Shown: positions 45,844-60,352 of the stretch, piece after piece
How the letters are laid out: each line of letters begins with the position of its first letter
Position numbering within the stretch: the first letter of the stretch is position 1
Source of the DNA: an uncultured bacterium
GTDB taxonomy: Bacteria > Omnitrophota > Gorgyraeia > Duberdicusellales > CBEUCJ01
DNA length: 64,000 bases
Direction of reading: 5' to 3'
Assembly: GCA_965541615.1 (NCBI GenBank)
Contig: CBEUCJ010000001.1
Span: 67,754 to 131,753, forward strand
The notes under the pieces: generated by a model
What the model was told of the DNA's origin: nothing
Databases searched by the model: none
Seen by the model: the letters and a program-made list of their open reading frames with translations, nothing else
Made by a program: the position numbers and the translations under genes

Positions 45844-46112
45844 TAGAAAAAATAGGTAATAGTGTAAAAGAGATAGTAAATTCAACAAAGAAAAAGTATA
45901 TTAAATTTCAGAAAGAAATAAAAGAAAAGATTTTAAAAGAACTCTCTTCTAAAGAGATAAATTTTATAAAATCTATAGAAGTGAGTAATAAAATAGTGTA
46001 TATTAAAGTGTCAAATTTTTTTGTAGGTTATTTTTTAAAATTCAAAAAAGGAAAGCTTCTTAAGGTGCTTAAAGATTCAGAGATAGAAGATATAAAATTT
46101 AAGATTGCTTAA
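45840..46112 (+). CDS. DUF721 (DciA/YaaA-like) small protein
   Basis: 90 aa. It occupies the slot between dnaN and gyrB where DUF721/S4-like genes usually sit. recF is absent here. IVYIKVSNFFVGYFLKFKKGKLLKVL fits the DUF721 hydrophobic core. Confidence 0.45.
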   Translation: MIEKIGNSVKEIVNSTKKKYIKFQKEIKEKILKELSSKEINFIKSIEVSNKIVYIKVSNFFVGYFLKFKKGKLLKVLKDSEIEDIKFKIA

Positions 46113-46122
46113 GAATTTTTAA

Positions 46123-48492
<2,370 letters not shown>

Positions 48493-48495
48493 GCT

Positions 48496-50919
48496 ATGAA
48501 AGAGAAGGTAATTCCAAAATATTTAGAAGAAGAAGTAAAAGATTCCTATCTTTCTTATGCTATGAGCGTAATTATGGGAAGAGCTCTACCTGATGTTAGA
48601 GATGGTTTAAAACCTGTTCAAAGAAGAATACTTTACACTATGCATGAGTTGAATTTAAGGCACAATCAGCCTTTTAAAAAATCTGCAAGAATTGTAGGAG
48701 AATGTTTGGGGAAATTTCATCCACATGGAGATATGGCAGTATATGAAGCTCTAGTAAGGATGGCTCAGGATTTTACTTTAAGATACCCTTTAATTCAAGG
48801 ACAAGGTAACTTTGGTTCTATAGATGGAGACCCACCTGCTGCCATGCGTTATACAGAAGCCAGATTATCAAAGATTTCAAATTACATGTTGACTGATATT
48901 GAAAAGGATACTGTAGATTTTGTTCCTAATTTTGACAATACTTTATCTGAACCTGTAGTCCTTCCTGCAGTTTTACCTAATCTTTTAGTCAATGGAACTT
49001 CAGGAATAGCTGTGGGAATGGCTACGAGTATACCTCCTCATAACCTTTCAGAAGTTATAGATGGAATAATTTATTATTTAGAAAATCCTGATTGTAGAAT
49101 AAAAGATTTAATGAGATTCATAAAAGGTCCTGATTTTCCTACAGGTGGAATTATTTATGGAAAAGAAGATCTTTTAAAAGCTTATCAGACAGGAAAAGGA
49201 AGAATAGTTTTAAGAGGGAAAGTTGAATTTGAAGAACATAAATCAAAAAAAAGGATTATCATTACAGAAATTCCATATCAAGTAAATAAAGCTCAGCTTT
49301 TAGAGAACATAGCAAACTTAGTAAACAGAAAAGTAATTGAAGGGATACAAGATTTAAGAGATGAATCAGATAAAGAAGGTATGAGGATAGTAATAGAGTT
49401 AAAAAGAGAAGCTAATTCTGAAATAGTTTTAAACAGGCTTTATAAATTCACACAATTGGAAGTTACTTTTAGCATAATAAATTTAGCTATTGTAGAAGGA
49501 AGACCTAAGATCTTAAATCTTAAAGAGTTAATTTCTCTTTATGTTGAGCATAGAAAAAATGTTATTATTAGGAGAACAAAATTTGAATTAGAAAAAGCCA
49601 AAAAAAGAGCTCATATTTTAGAAGGATTAAAAAAGGCTTTAAAATTTATAGATTTGGTAATTTCTATCATTAAGAAATCTAAAACTCCTCAAGAAGCAAA
49701 AGGAAATTTAATGAAAAAATTAGAATTGAGCAAAATCCAAGCTCAAAGTATCTTAGAGATGCAGTTGCAAAAATTAACTAATTTAGAACAGAAAAAGATA
49801 GATGAAGAATATTTAGAGGTTATAAAAAAGATAGAGTATCTTGAAAGAGTATTGAGTTCAGAGGAGATGGTTAAAGAAATAATAAAAGAAGAGTTATTAA
49901 CTTTGAAAAAAGAGTTTAAGGATAAAAGAAGGACTGAAATTATAGAAGAAGTAGAAAAAATAGAAATAGAAGATTTGATTCCTCAAGAAGATGTGGTAAT
50001 AACTTTAACTCATACAGGTTACATTAAAAGACAGCCTTTAAGTTCTTACAGAGAACAAAAAAAACAAGCAAAAGGTTTGTTAGCTACTCAAATCTCTAAA
50101 GAAGATTTTTTAGAACATTTGTTTTTAGCATCTAGCAAAGATTATATTTTAATTTTTACTAACAAAGGTAAAGTTTTTTGGCTAAAAGTTTATGAGATTC
50201 CTGAAGGTTCAAGAGGAGCTAAAGGGAGGGCTTTGGTGAATTTTATAAACTTAAGTTCAAATGAGAAGGTTAGAGCTATTATTTCTTTAAAAGAAGTAGA
50301 AAAAGATAGTTCATTGATTTTAGCTACAAAAAGGGGATTTATAAAAAAATTGAGGATAAAAGATTTGGGTTCACCTAAAAAGAAAGGTTTAATCGTTATT
50401 TCTTTAGATAAAAATGATGATTTGGTAGGAGCAGGTTTAGTAAAAGAAGGTTATGATATAATTCTGGCTACTAAAGAGGGTTTATGCATAAGATTTTCTG
50501 AAACAGATGTGAGAAGAATGAAGAGAGCTGCAAGAGGAGTTAAGGCAATTGATTTAAAGAAATCAGATGAAGTTATAGGTATGGAAGTTGTGGATAAAAG
50601 ATTAGAAAAGGAGTTAGGGCTTTTAACATTTAGTGAGAAAGGATTTGCTAAAAGGACTCCTCTTTCAGAATACAGAGTTCAAAAAAGAGCAGGTAAAGGT
50701 ATTATAAATTTTAATGTTAATGAGAAGACAGGAAAAGTCGTTGGCATTCTCATTGTGAAAAAAGAAGATCAAATAGTGTTGATAACTCAGAAAGGTATTT
50801 TGAAAAGGTTAAACGTTTTGGCTATAAAACCTACAAAAAGAGCTACTCAGGGAACTAAAGTTATAAAGTTAGAAGCTCAAGATTTGGTAAGTTCTGTAGC
50901 TCGTATCGTTTCTGAATAA
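48496..50919 (+). CDS. gyrA: DNA gyrase subunit A
   Basis: 807 aa. AMRYTEARL contains the active-site Tyr. QRD-like HPHGD is present. C-terminal beta-pinwheel repeats. Confidence 0.95.
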   Translation: MKEKVIPKYLEEEVKDSYLSYAMSVIMGRALPDVRDGLKPVQRRILYTMHELNLRHNQPFKKSARIVGECLGKFHPHGDMAVYEALVRMAQDFTLRYPLIQGQGNFGSIDGDPPAAMRYTEARLSKISNYMLTDIEKDTVDFVPNFDNTLSEPVVLPAVLPNLLVNGTSGIAVGMATSIPPHNLSEVIDGIIYYLENPDCRIKDLMRFIKGPDFPTGGIIYGKEDLLKAYQTGKGRIVLRGKVEFEEHKSKKRIIITEIPYQVNKAQLLENIANLVNRKVIEGIQDLRDESDKEGMRIVIELKREANSEIVLNRLYKFTQLEVTFSIINLAIVEGRPKILNLKELISLYVEHRKNVIIRRTKFELEKAKKRAHILEGLKKALKFIDLVISIIKKSKTPQEAKGNLMKKLELSKIQAQSILEMQLQKLTNLEQKKIDEEYLEVIKKIEYLERVLSSEEMVKEIIKEELLTLKKEFKDKRRTEIIEEVEKIEIEDLIPQEDVVITLTHTGYIKRQPLSSYREQKKQAKGLLATQISKEDFLEHLFLASSKDYILIFTNKGKVFWLKVYEIPEGSRGAKGRALVNFINLSSNEKVRAIISLKEVEKDSSLILATKRGFIKKLRIKDLGSPKKKGLIVISLDKNDDLVGAGLVKEGYDIILATKEGLCIRFSETDVRRMKRAARGVKAIDLKKSDEVIGMEVVDKRLEKELGLLTFSEKGFAKRTPLSEYRVQKRAGKGIINFNVNEKTGKVVGILIVKKEDQIVLITQKGILKRLNVLAIKPTKRATQGTKVIKLEAQDLVSSVARIVSE

Positions 50920-50960
50920 GTTGACATAAATTCAGAGTTGGTATATTTTTATATAAATAA

Positions 50961-51034
50961 GTCCCCATCGTCTAGCCAGGTTAGGACTCGGGCCTTTCGA
51001 GCCCGCAGCGGGGGTTCAAATCCCCCTGGGGACG
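50961..51034 (+). tRNA. tRNA-Glu (anticodon TTC)
   Basis: Acceptor gtcccca/tggggac, anticodon stem cgggc/gcccg with loop ctTTCga, T-arm ggggttcaaatcccc. Confidence 0.85.
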
Positions 51035-51044
51035 TTCTGTTTTT

Positions 51045-51437
51045 ATGGGAATCACAATTTTAAGTTTTGTAAATGTATTAATAAGTCTCTTTTTCTTAGC
51101 AGCAGGCGTCTCTATTTTTTTAGTCCTAAAAGATCCTAAGTTAATAGAGTTATTGAAAGAAAAACTACCAGTTCCAATAACTAAAGAAATACTTTTGTAT
51201 ATGGGAGTTACTTATCTTGTGTGCAGTGTTTTATTTTTAATAAGTGGGATAGGATTAAATTTAAGAAGAAAATGGGCTCATAAATTTACAATATTTTTGT
51301 GTATCGTTTTTTGTTTTCTTATTTTAATCGGATCTTTAAAATCTCCTTTAAGTATTCTGAATATCATTTTTTTCTTATATCTTGGGATCCAGATTTTTTA
51401 TCTCACAAAAAAAGATGTTTTAAAATTTTTTAAATAA
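51045..51437 (+). CDS. small membrane protein (130 aa)
   Basis: Four predicted hydrophobic helices. No family recognised. Confidence 0.4.
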   Translation: MGITILSFVNVLISLFFLAAGVSIFLVLKDPKLIELLKEKLPVPITKEILLYMGVTYLVCSVLFLISGIGLNLRRKWAHKFTIFLCIVFCFLILIGSLKSPLSILNIIFFLYLGIQIFYLTKKDVLKFFK

Positions 51438-53260
51438 TGTGTGGAATTACAGCTTATTTAGGTAACTCAAAAGCAAAGGATGTTCTTTTAGATACTTTAA
51501 AAAGATTAGAATACAGAGGTTATGATTCTTGTGGAATGGTGGTTTTAAATGAAGGAAAATTTAGATTATGGAAGTTGAAAGGAAAGGTATCAGAATTAGA
51601 AGGGTTAGTAAAAGATAAGAGAATAGATGCAAATATAGGAATTTCTCATACTAGATGGGCAACACATGGTGCACCCAATAAAATAAATGCACATCCACAT
51701 ACAGATTGCCATAAAAAAATTTTCGTCGTTCATAATGGAATAATAGAAAACTTTGAGGAGTTAAAAAAAAAGTTAGTCAAAGAAGGTCATCATTTTACCT
51801 CAGATACTGATACAGAAGTCATTCCTCATTTAATAGAAAAATTTTATAAAGGAGATCTCTTAAAAGCAGTTCTTAAAGCTATTAAGGTATTAAAAGGAAG
51901 CTTTGCTATAGGAATAGTTTCCGTGTATGAGCCAGATAAAATAATAGGAGTAAGGTATTTTTCTCCTTTAATAGCAGGTCTTAACAAAGAAGAAAAATTT
52001 TTAGCTTCAGATTTACCAGCACTCTTACCTTTTACAGATCAAGTGATTTTTTTGGAAGAAGAGTCTGTAATCTTAATGACAAAAGAAAAAATTAAAGTTT
52101 TTGATTTTGAAGGAAAACCCAAAGATTTTGAAATAAAAAAAGTAGATTTAACTCCAGAACAGGCTCAGAAAAAAGGATTTAAACACTTTATGTTAAAAGA
52201 GATCTTTGAACAACCAGATGTTATGAAAAATTTATATTCTCTATATATAGATAAAACTAAAAAAATAAATTTTAAAAACTTAGATGAAAAATTTTTAAAG
52301 AGAGTAGAGAGAGTTCTAATAACAGCTTGTGGAACAGCTTTTCATGCAGGTTTAGTAGCTAAATACTTATTAGAAAAGTTTTGTAAAATAAAGTGCGAAA
52401 CAGAAATTTCTTCTGAGTTTAGATATAGAGATGTTTATTTAGATAAAGAAAAGGATTTAATGGTCTGCATTTCTCAATCAGGTGAAACTGCTGATACTTT
52501 AGCTTGTTTGAGGAGAGTAAAAGAAAAAGGTGTGAAAGTTTTAGGAGTTTGTAATGTTTTAGGTTCAAGTTTATATAGAGAATCAGATTTTTTGATCTAT
52601 ACGAATGCAGGTCCTGAAATAGGAGTTGCTTCCACTAAAGCCTATACTGCTCAAATTGCTTGTATGTTTTTATTTGCTTTATATTTAGCAAAACTAAAAA
52701 ATAAGATCTCTGAAAAAGAATATTTAGCTTATTTAAAAGAGTTTGAAAAAGTCGCAGACTTTCAAAGAGAAATTTTGTTAAAATCAAAAAAGATAAGGAC
52801 GATTTCTAAGAAGTTTTCAAAATTTGGATGTTTTTTATATTTAGGAAGAAATATAAATTACCCTTCAGCTTTAGAAGGAGCTTTAAAGCTTAAAGAAATT
52901 TCTTACATTCCTGCTGAAGGATACGCTGCAGGTGAAATGAAACATGGTCCTATTGCTTTGATAGATGAGTATAGAGCCGTTGTTTGTATAAATCCAAAGA
53001 GTTTTGTTTATGAAAAGATGCTTTCTAATATGCAGGAGATAAAAGCAAGGAAGGGTAAAATTGTAAGTATTTTAACTGAAGGTGATAAGTTATGTGAAAA
53101 GCTTTCAGATGAGGTGATTTTTATTCCTCAAATAAAAGAAGAATTAAGCCCTCTTTTAGTAGCTCTCCCTCTTCAACTTTTTGCATATTATTTAGCTGAC
53201 AATTTAGGTTTAGAAATCGATAAGCCCAGAAATTTAGCAAAATCTGTTACAGTAGAGTAA
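51437..53260 (+). CDS. glmS: glutamine--fructose-6-phosphate aminotransferase
   Basis: 607 aa. N-terminal MCGITAY (Ntn Cys2), two SIS domains, C-terminal ...KSVTVE. Confidence 0.95.
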   Translation: MCGITAYLGNSKAKDVLLDTLKRLEYRGYDSCGMVVLNEGKFRLWKLKGKVSELEGLVKDKRIDANIGISHTRWATHGAPNKINAHPHTDCHKKIFVVHNGIIENFEELKKKLVKEGHHFTSDTDTEVIPHLIEKFYKGDLLKAVLKAIKVLKGSFAIGIVSVYEPDKIIGVRYFSPLIAGLNKEEKFLASDLPALLPFTDQVIFLEEESVILMTKEKIKVFDFEGKPKDFEIKKVDLTPEQAQKKGFKHFMLKEIFEQPDVMKNLYSLYIDKTKKINFKNLDEKFLKRVERVLITACGTAFHAGLVAKYLLEKFCKIKCETEISSEFRYRDVYLDKEKDLMVCISQSGETADTLACLRRVKEKGVKVLGVCNVLGSSLYRESDFLIYTNAGPEIGVASTKAYTAQIACMFLFALYLAKLKNKISEKEYLAYLKEFEKVADFQREILLKSKKIRTISKKFSKFGCFLYLGRNINYPSALEGALKLKEISYIPAEGYAAGEMKHGPIALIDEYRAVVCINPKSFVYEKMLSNMQEIKARKGKIVSILTEGDKLCEKLSDEVIFIPQIKEELSPLLVALPLQLFAYYLADNLGLEIDKPRNLAKSVTVE

Positions 53261-53931
53261 TGCTTTATATAGTAGGTACTCCTATCGGGAATCTTAAAGA
53301 CATTACTTTAAGAGCTTTGGATATTTTAAAAGAAGTAGATTTAATAGTATGTGAAGATACAAGGAGGACTTTAAAGCTTTTAAATCATTATCAAATTAAA
53401 AAACCTCTTTTAAGTTACCATGAACATAATAAATACAGACAGTTGAATAAAATAATAAAATCTTTAAAAGAAGGCAAAAATTTAGCTTTAGTTTCAGATG
53501 CAGGTTTACCGTGTATATCTGATCCTGGGTATTTGATTGTGAAAAGACTTATAGAAGAGAACTTACCGTTCAGTATAATCCCAGGACCTTTTGCAGGAGT
53601 TTTGGGGTTAATACTTTCAGGATTACCTACAGATAGATTCGTTTTTGAAGGATTTTTGCCTTACAAAAAGAGTAAAAGAAAAAAGAGATTAGAAGAGTTA
53701 AAAGAAGAAAAAAGGACTGTAATTATTTATGAATCTCCACATAAAATTATTAAACTATTGGATTCTATTTTAGAAATTTTAGGAGATAGAAAAATAGCAG
53801 TAGTAAGAGAGTTAACCAAAGTCTATGAAGAAGTTTTAAGGGGTAGAGTTTCAGAGGTTAAAAAGATTTTGGAAAAAAGAAATAAGATAAAAGGAGAATT
53901 TATAGTTTTGATTTCTAAAGATGAAAATTAA
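53260..53931 (+). CDS. rsmI: 16S rRNA (cytidine1402-2'-O)-methyltransferase RsmI
   Basis: 223 aa. LYIVGTPIGNLKDITLRALDIL...DLIVCEDTRRT is the RsmI/tetrapyrrole-methylase-fold signature. Confidence 0.85.
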   Translation: MLYIVGTPIGNLKDITLRALDILKEVDLIVCEDTRRTLKLLNHYQIKKPLLSYHEHNKYRQLNKIIKSLKEGKNLALVSDAGLPCISDPGYLIVKRLIEENLPFSIIPGPFAGVLGLILSGLPTDRFVFEGFLPYKKSKRKKRLEELKEEKRTVIIYESPHKIIKLLDSILEILGDRKIAVVRELTKVYEEVLRGRVSEVKKILEKRNKIKGEFIVLISKDEN

Positions 53932-54757
53932 TTTAGCAAAAAATTTAGGTTTTTGTTTTGGAGTAAAAAGAGCTTTAAAACTAACAGAGGAAGTTTTGAA
54001 AGAAAATAAAAATGTTTTTATTTTAAATCCTTTAGTCCACAATGAATATGTCATGAAGGATTTAGAAAAGAAAGGATTAAAAAAAGTAAAGTTTTTAAAA
54101 GAGATTCCTGAGAATAGTTTTTTGATTTTGCCTGCACATGGAACGAGCCCTGATTTAATAAGAGAAGCTAAGAAAAAAAAGCTAAAGCTAATAGATTGTA
54201 CATGTCCTTTTTTATTAGAGATTCACAGAAAAATTAGAGAGTTAGAGAAAAGTAGATACTTTTTAGTCATTATAGGAGACAAATTCCACGCAGAAACAAA
54301 AGCAATTAGAGCTCAAGTGAAGAAAGCTCTGGTTATAGAGGATATGAAAGATTTAAGAGCATTTAAAAAAGAATTAAATCAAAAAAAGATAGGAGTAGTA
54401 TTTCAATCTACACAAGATTTAGAACAAGTTTTTGATATAATCTTAGAAATACTTAAGAACACTCAAGAGTTAAGGGTCTTTAATACTATTTGCAAACCTA
54501 CTCAATTAAGGCAAGAAGAAATAAAAAAATTAGCTCAAGAAAATGATATAGTCTTAGTTATTGGTTCAAAGACTAGTGCGAATACTAATAGACTTTATAA
54601 AATAAGTAAGAAAATAAATCCTTCTACATATTTAATTTCAGAACCTTCAGATATTCCTTATGAAAATATAACACCCAATACAAAGATAGCTATTACTTCA
54701 GGTTCATCTACGCCTCCTTTTTTAATAGACCAAATAATTAAATCCTTGAAAAAATAA
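53921..54757 (+). CDS. ispH: 4-hydroxy-3-methylbut-2-enyl diphosphate reductase
   Basis: 278 aa. GFCFGVKRAL (first Cys ligand), HNEYV, and the typical three-repeat LytB architecture. Confidence 0.85.
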   Translation: MKINLAKNLGFCFGVKRALKLTEEVLKENKNVFILNPLVHNEYVMKDLEKKGLKKVKFLKEIPENSFLILPAHGTSPDLIREAKKKKLKLIDCTCPFLLEIHRKIRELEKSRYFLVIIGDKFHAETKAIRAQVKKALVIEDMKDLRAFKKELNQKKIGVVFQSTQDLEQVFDIILEILKNTQELRVFNTICKPTQLRQEEIKKLAQENDIVLVIGSKTSANTNRLYKISKKINPSTYLISEPSDIPYENITPNTKIAITSGSSTPPFLIDQIIKSLKK

Positions 54758-54851
54758 GGTAATTTTTTAAATTCTTACAAAGTAGGCTAAAAGTTTTTAT
54801 AATAAGCTATTCTTGACAGAAAAAGGAAAAGCTGTTATTCTTTAAAAGACC

Positions 54852-56363
<1,512 letters not shown>

Positions 56364-56380
<17 letters not shown>

Positions 56381-57632
56381 AGGAGCAAAAATCTGTGATT
56401 TAGAGAAAAAAGAATTTGTAGAAGCAGATATTTTAATTGCAGGAGAAAAAATTAAAAGAATAGGGAAAAATTTAAAAGCAGATGCAAAACTTATAGATGC
56501 TAAAGGTTTATATTGTTTTCCAGGGTTTGTAGATTTGCATACTCATGTAAGAGAGCCAGGTGCAGAGTATAAAGAAAATATAAGTACTTTAACGAGATCA
56601 GCTTCAAAGGGAGGTTTTACATCTCTTTTGTGTATGCCCAATACTCAAATATGTTTAGATACTCCTGAAAAGATAAGGAGTTTTCTAAAAATAGCAAAAT
56701 CTTCAGATATAAATATATTTGTATGTGGAGCAATAACAAAAGAAAGAAAAGGTAAAGAACTTACAGAGATGTTTTTAATGAAAAGAGAAGGAGCTTTAGC
56801 TTTCAGTGATGATGGAAGTTGGGTAGAAGATAGTTTTCTTTTCTTAATGGCATTAAGATATGCTAAATTTTTAAATACTTTAATAATTACTCATGCAGAA
56901 GAGAAAAGTTTATCTCAAGGAGTATGTAGAGAAGGAAGATTAAATATAGAATGTGGGTTTTTCCCTAATTATGCAATTTCAGAGACGATAGCTATTTTAA
57001 GAGATTTAGAGATTGCTAAATACACAGGTGCCAAACTCCATATAGCTCATGTTTCTACTAAGAGAGGTGTGGTTTTAATTGAAAGAGCAAAGAAAGAAGG
57101 AATAAAAGTTAGTTGTGAAGCAACACCTCATCATTTAATTTTAAATTTTCAAGAGTTATCAAAATACGATCCAAATTTTAAAGTAAATCCTCCTTTAGGT
57201 TCTGAGGAAGATAGAAGGGAATTAATAAAGGCTCTTAAAAAAGACATAATAGATTGTATAGCTACTGATCACGCTCCTCATACCAAAGAAGAAAAATTAA
57301 GACCATTTTCAGAAGCTAATCCTGGAGTAATAGGTTTGGAAAGCTGTTTTTCTGCACTTTACACTTATTTGGTCGATAAAGGATATATTGATATCTTTAA
57401 ATTGGTAGAAAAACTCACTTTAAAACCTGCCCAAATCTTAGGTCTTAAAACAAAAGGCTTGTTAAAGGAAGGCTTAGATGCAGATCTAGTTTTAATAGAC
57501 TTAGATGAAGAATGCGTCTTTACAGAGAAAGAAATCGAGTCAAGATGCAAGAATTCTCCTTTCTTAGGTAGAAATTTGAAAGCAAAGGTTAAGTTTACTA
57601 TTTCTAAAGGAAAGATAGTCTATAAAGAATGA
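56364..57632 (+). CDS. pyrC: dihydroorotase (amidohydrolase family)
   Basis: 422 aa. DLHTHVREPG (metal-binding HxH), IATDHAPH, cyclic-amidohydrolase pattern. Follows pyrB. Confidence 0.8.
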
Positions 57633-58078
57633 AGCTTTTATTAACCCAAGAATTAGGAAGATTGGCTAAATGGTTAAGAATATTAGGTTTTGATACTGAG
57701 TATACAAGAGAAGAAAAGTTTTCCAAAGTGATCTTAGAAGCTTTAAAAGAAGATAGGGTGATAATAACAAAGAGAAAAAAGATTTATGAGCATCCAGGAG
57801 TAAAGTTTATAAAAGTGAATTCAGATAGCTATAAAGAGCAGTTAAAAGAAATTTTAAGTTTTTTAAAAGATTATATAAAAGAAGAGAAAAAATTTACTAG
57901 ATGCAATATCTGCAATACTCAGATAAAAGAGATAGAAAAAGAAAAAGTAAAAGACAAAGTTCCTGAATACGTATTTATTACACAAAAAAAGTTTTATTTC
58001 TGTCCAAAATGTAATAAAATTTATTGGCAAGGTTCACACTGGCAAAAGGTAGAAGAACTTTTAAAAGAAGTATTATGA
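57629..58078 (+). CDS. Mut7-C RNase domain (DUF82) protein with C-terminal zinc ribbon
   Basis: 149 aa. QELGRLAKWLRILGFDTEY matches the Mut7-C motif (LGkLArwLRlLGfD). C-terminal CNICN...CPKCNKIYWQGSHW zinc ribbon. Confidence 0.65.
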   Translation: MKLLLTQELGRLAKWLRILGFDTEYTREEKFSKVILEALKEDRVIITKRKKIYEHPGVKFIKVNSDSYKEQLKEILSFLKDYIKEEKKFTRCNICNTQIKEIEKEKVKDKVPEYVFITQKKFYFCPKCNKIYWQGSHWQKVEELLKEVL

Positions 58079-59313
58079 AATTTATAGCTGATTTTCACAT
58101 CCATTCAAAATTTTCAAGAGCTACTTCCAAAGATATGGATATTAAGAATTTAGTAAAATGGGCAAAACTAAAAGGTATAACTCTATTAGGTACAGGAGAT
58201 TTCACTCATCATCTTTGGTTTGAAGAGTTAAAGAATAATTTAGAGTATATAGAAGATAAAGGTTTGTTTATTTCTAATGGGGTTTATTTTATTCTCTCTG
58301 TAGAGGTCTGTAATATATTTTCACAAAATAACAAAGTTTATAGAGTACACAATGTGATATTAGCACCTTCTTTTAAAATAGCCAAAGAAATAAATAACAT
58401 GTTAAGTTTTTATGGGAATTTAGCTTCAGATGGTAGGCCTGTTTTAAGTATGAGTTGCAAGAGATTAGCTGAAGAACTTTTTAGAATTTCACCAGATATT
58501 ATGTTGATACCCGCTCATATTTGGACTCCTTGGTTTAGTTTGTTTGGATCAAATTCAGGATTCGATTCCATAGAAGAAGCTTTTGACAAATACACAACAA
58601 AAATAACAGCTTTAGAGACTGGTTTATCTTCTGATCCAGCTATGAATTGGAGAGTCTCTAGTTTAGATAGGTTTAGTTTAGTTTCAAACTCAGATTCTCA
58701 TTCTCCTTCAAGGATTGGAAGAGAAGCAAATGTTTTTGATTGTGATTTAAACTACTGGGAAATAAAAAGAGTTTTAGAAAATAAAGATAAAGAAAAATTT
58801 TTATATACAATTGAATTCTTTCCTGAGGAAGGCAAGTACCATTATGATGGACATAGAAACTGCAAAGTGAGATTACATCCTAAAGAGACAAAAAAAATTG
58901 GAGGTATCTGTCCTAAATGTGGTAGACCTTTGACTAAAGGAGTCTTACACAGAGTAGAGGATTTAGCAGATCGTCCTGAAGGTTTTATACCTTCACAGAC
59001 TATACCTTTTAAAAGTTTGGTTCCTTTAGAAGAAATAATAGCTCAAAGTAGAGGACTAAATAAAAATACAAAGGCAGTTCTTGATGAATATTTAAATATA
59101 GTCTATAAATTTGGTTCAGAATTCGAAACATTAATTAATGTTCCAGAACAAGATTTAAGAAAAAACCTTTCTCCAAAAATAGCAGAGGGTATTATTAGAG
59201 TGAGGCAAGGTAAAGTTAAAAAAGAACCAGGTTTTGATGGAGAGTATGGAGTAATAAAAGTTTTTGACCAAGATTCAGAACCTAAAAAAGAGACTCAATT
59301 GAATTTGTTTTAA
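58075..59313 (+). CDS. endonuclease Q-like protein (PHP-domain nuclease, TIGR00375 family)
   Basis: About 412 aa. MKFIADFHIHSKFSRATS (PHP His motif). C-terminal GICPKCGRPLTKGVLHRVEDLADRPEG zinc finger typical of archaeal EndoQ. The start is taken at the ATG overlapping the upstream stop (ATGA), not the ORF-track 58024. Confidence 0.6.
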   Translation: MKFIADFHIHSKFSRATSKDMDIKNLVKWAKLKGITLLGTGDFTHHLWFEELKNNLEYIEDKGLFISNGVYFILSVEVCNIFSQNNKVYRVHNVILAPSFKIAKEINNMLSFYGNLASDGRPVLSMSCKRLAEELFRISPDIMLIPAHIWTPWFSLFGSNSGFDSIEEAFDKYTTKITALETGLSSDPAMNWRVSSLDRFSLVSNSDSHSPSRIGREANVFDCDLNYWEIKRVLENKDKEKFLYTIEFFPEEGKYHYDGHRNCKVRLHPKETKKIGGICPKCGRPLTKGVLHRVEDLADRPEGFIPSQTIPFKSLVPLEEIIAQSRGLNKNTKAVLDEYLNIVYKFGSEFETLINVPEQDLRKNLSPKIAEGIIRVRQGKVKKEPGFDGEYGVIKVFDQDSEPKKETQLNLF

Positions 59314-59314
59314 A

Positions 59315-59800
59315 ATGAAGGTAAGGATCTTTTATTATTCAGAGACAGGAAATACAAAAAAAGTAGCAGAGTTTTTTAAAGATATTTTAGAAGCAAGAGG
59401 TATTTTTACAAAAATAGAAAGGATAGTAGCTTTAAATGAAGCAAAGAGTTTTTTTAAAAAAGCAGTCAGGAGTTTTTTTAAAAAGAAGACTCAAATATAT
59501 CCTATAGATTTTTCTATAGAAGAAGAGATAGTTATAATTGGGTGTCCTGTTTGGGCTTTTACTTTTCCACCAGCTGTTAGAACATTTTTTGAAGATTTGC
59601 CCAAACTTCAAGATAAAAAGATAATTTTGTTTGTAACTTATGGCAGTGGTTTAGGTAAAGATAAATGTTTAAATGAAATGGAAAAGTTTTTAGAGAAAAA
59701 AGGAGCTTATTTTATTAGAAAGATTTCTTTCCAAGAAAAGGAAATTAAAGAGAAAAGGGGTTTAATAACAAAGTTAGAAAAACTTATAAAATCTCTATAA
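59315..59800 (+). CDS. flavodoxin-like protein
   Basis: 161 aa. MKVRIFYYSETGNTKKVAEF is the flavodoxin FMN-binding N-terminus (T/SxTGxT). Confidence 0.7.
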   Translation: MKVRIFYYSETGNTKKVAEFFKDILEARGIFTKIERIVALNEAKSFFKKAVRSFFKKKTQIYPIDFSIEEEIVIIGCPVWAFTFPPAVRTFFEDLPKLQDKKIILFVTYGSGLGKDKCLNEMEKFLEKKGAYFIRKISFQEKEIKEKRGLITKLEKLIKSL

Positions 59801-59803
59801 AAA

Positions 59804-59881
59804 GCCCCTGTAGCTTAAATTTGGATAGAGCACAGGCCTCCGGAGCCTGAGGTGGCAGTTCGAGTCTGCCCAGGGGCACCA
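59804..59881 (+). tRNA. tRNA-Arg (anticodon CCG), CCA encoded
   Basis: Acceptor gcccctg/caggggc, anticodon stem caggc/gcctg with loop ctCCGga, T-arm ggcag-ttcgagt-ctgcc, 3' ...a-CCA. Confidence 0.85.
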
Positions 59882-59908
59882 AAAGGGAAAGTTTATAAAA
59901 AAATTAGG

Positions 59909-60352
59909 ATGAATGTTGGAGTAATTGGAGGTTCAGTCTGTAATAAGAAGATTTACAAAATAGCTTTTGAGTTAGGTAGATTAATTGCAAAAGAAAAATG
60001 GGTTTTAATATGTGGAGGTGGAGGTGGTGTAATGGAAGCTGTGTGTAAAGGTGCAAAGTCTGAAGGAGGCTTAACTGTAGGAATATTACCCAGTATAGAT
60101 GGAAGAGAAGCAAACAAATATTTAGATGTTAAACTTCCTACAGGTTTAGGTTATGTTAGAAATACTTTAATAGTTAGAGCTTCAGATATTCTGATCGCTG
60201 TCGATGGAAGGTATGGGACTTTATCTGAAATAGCTTTTGCTTTAAATGAAGGTAAATTAGTTTTAGGGATAGAGACTTGGGATATAAAGGGTATAAAAAA
60301 AGTAAAGACACCTCAAGAGGCTATTAACTTTATAAAAAAATTGAAAAGATGA
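59909..60352 (+). CDS. TIGR00725/LOG-like Rossmann-fold nucleotide-binding protein
   Basis: About 147 aa. MNVGVIGGS...VLICGGGGGVMEAVCKGAKSEGGLTVGILP fits the LOG/SLOG lysine-decarboxylase-like family. The start is set after the tRNA (the ORF-track start at 59852 overlaps tRNA-Arg). Confidence 0.6.
   Translation: MNVGVIGGSVCNKKIYKIAFELGRLIAKEKWVLICGGGGGVMEAVCKGAKSEGGLTVGILPSIDGREANKYLDVKLPTGLGYVRNTLIVRASDILIAVDGRYGTLSEIAFALNEGKLVLGIETWDIKGIKKVKTPQEAINFIKKLKR

Noticed and set aside
50920-51440. Possible glmS ribozyme upstream of glmS
   Set aside because: The space upstream of glmS is occupied by tRNA-Glu and a 130-aa membrane-protein ORF that ends at the glmS start. No GC-rich structured element is present.
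58024-58074. ORF-track start of the EndoQ-like gene at 58024
   Set aside because: The PHP motif begins right after the Met at 58075, which overlaps the upstream stop as ATGA. The upstream 17 codons lie inside the Mut7-C gene.
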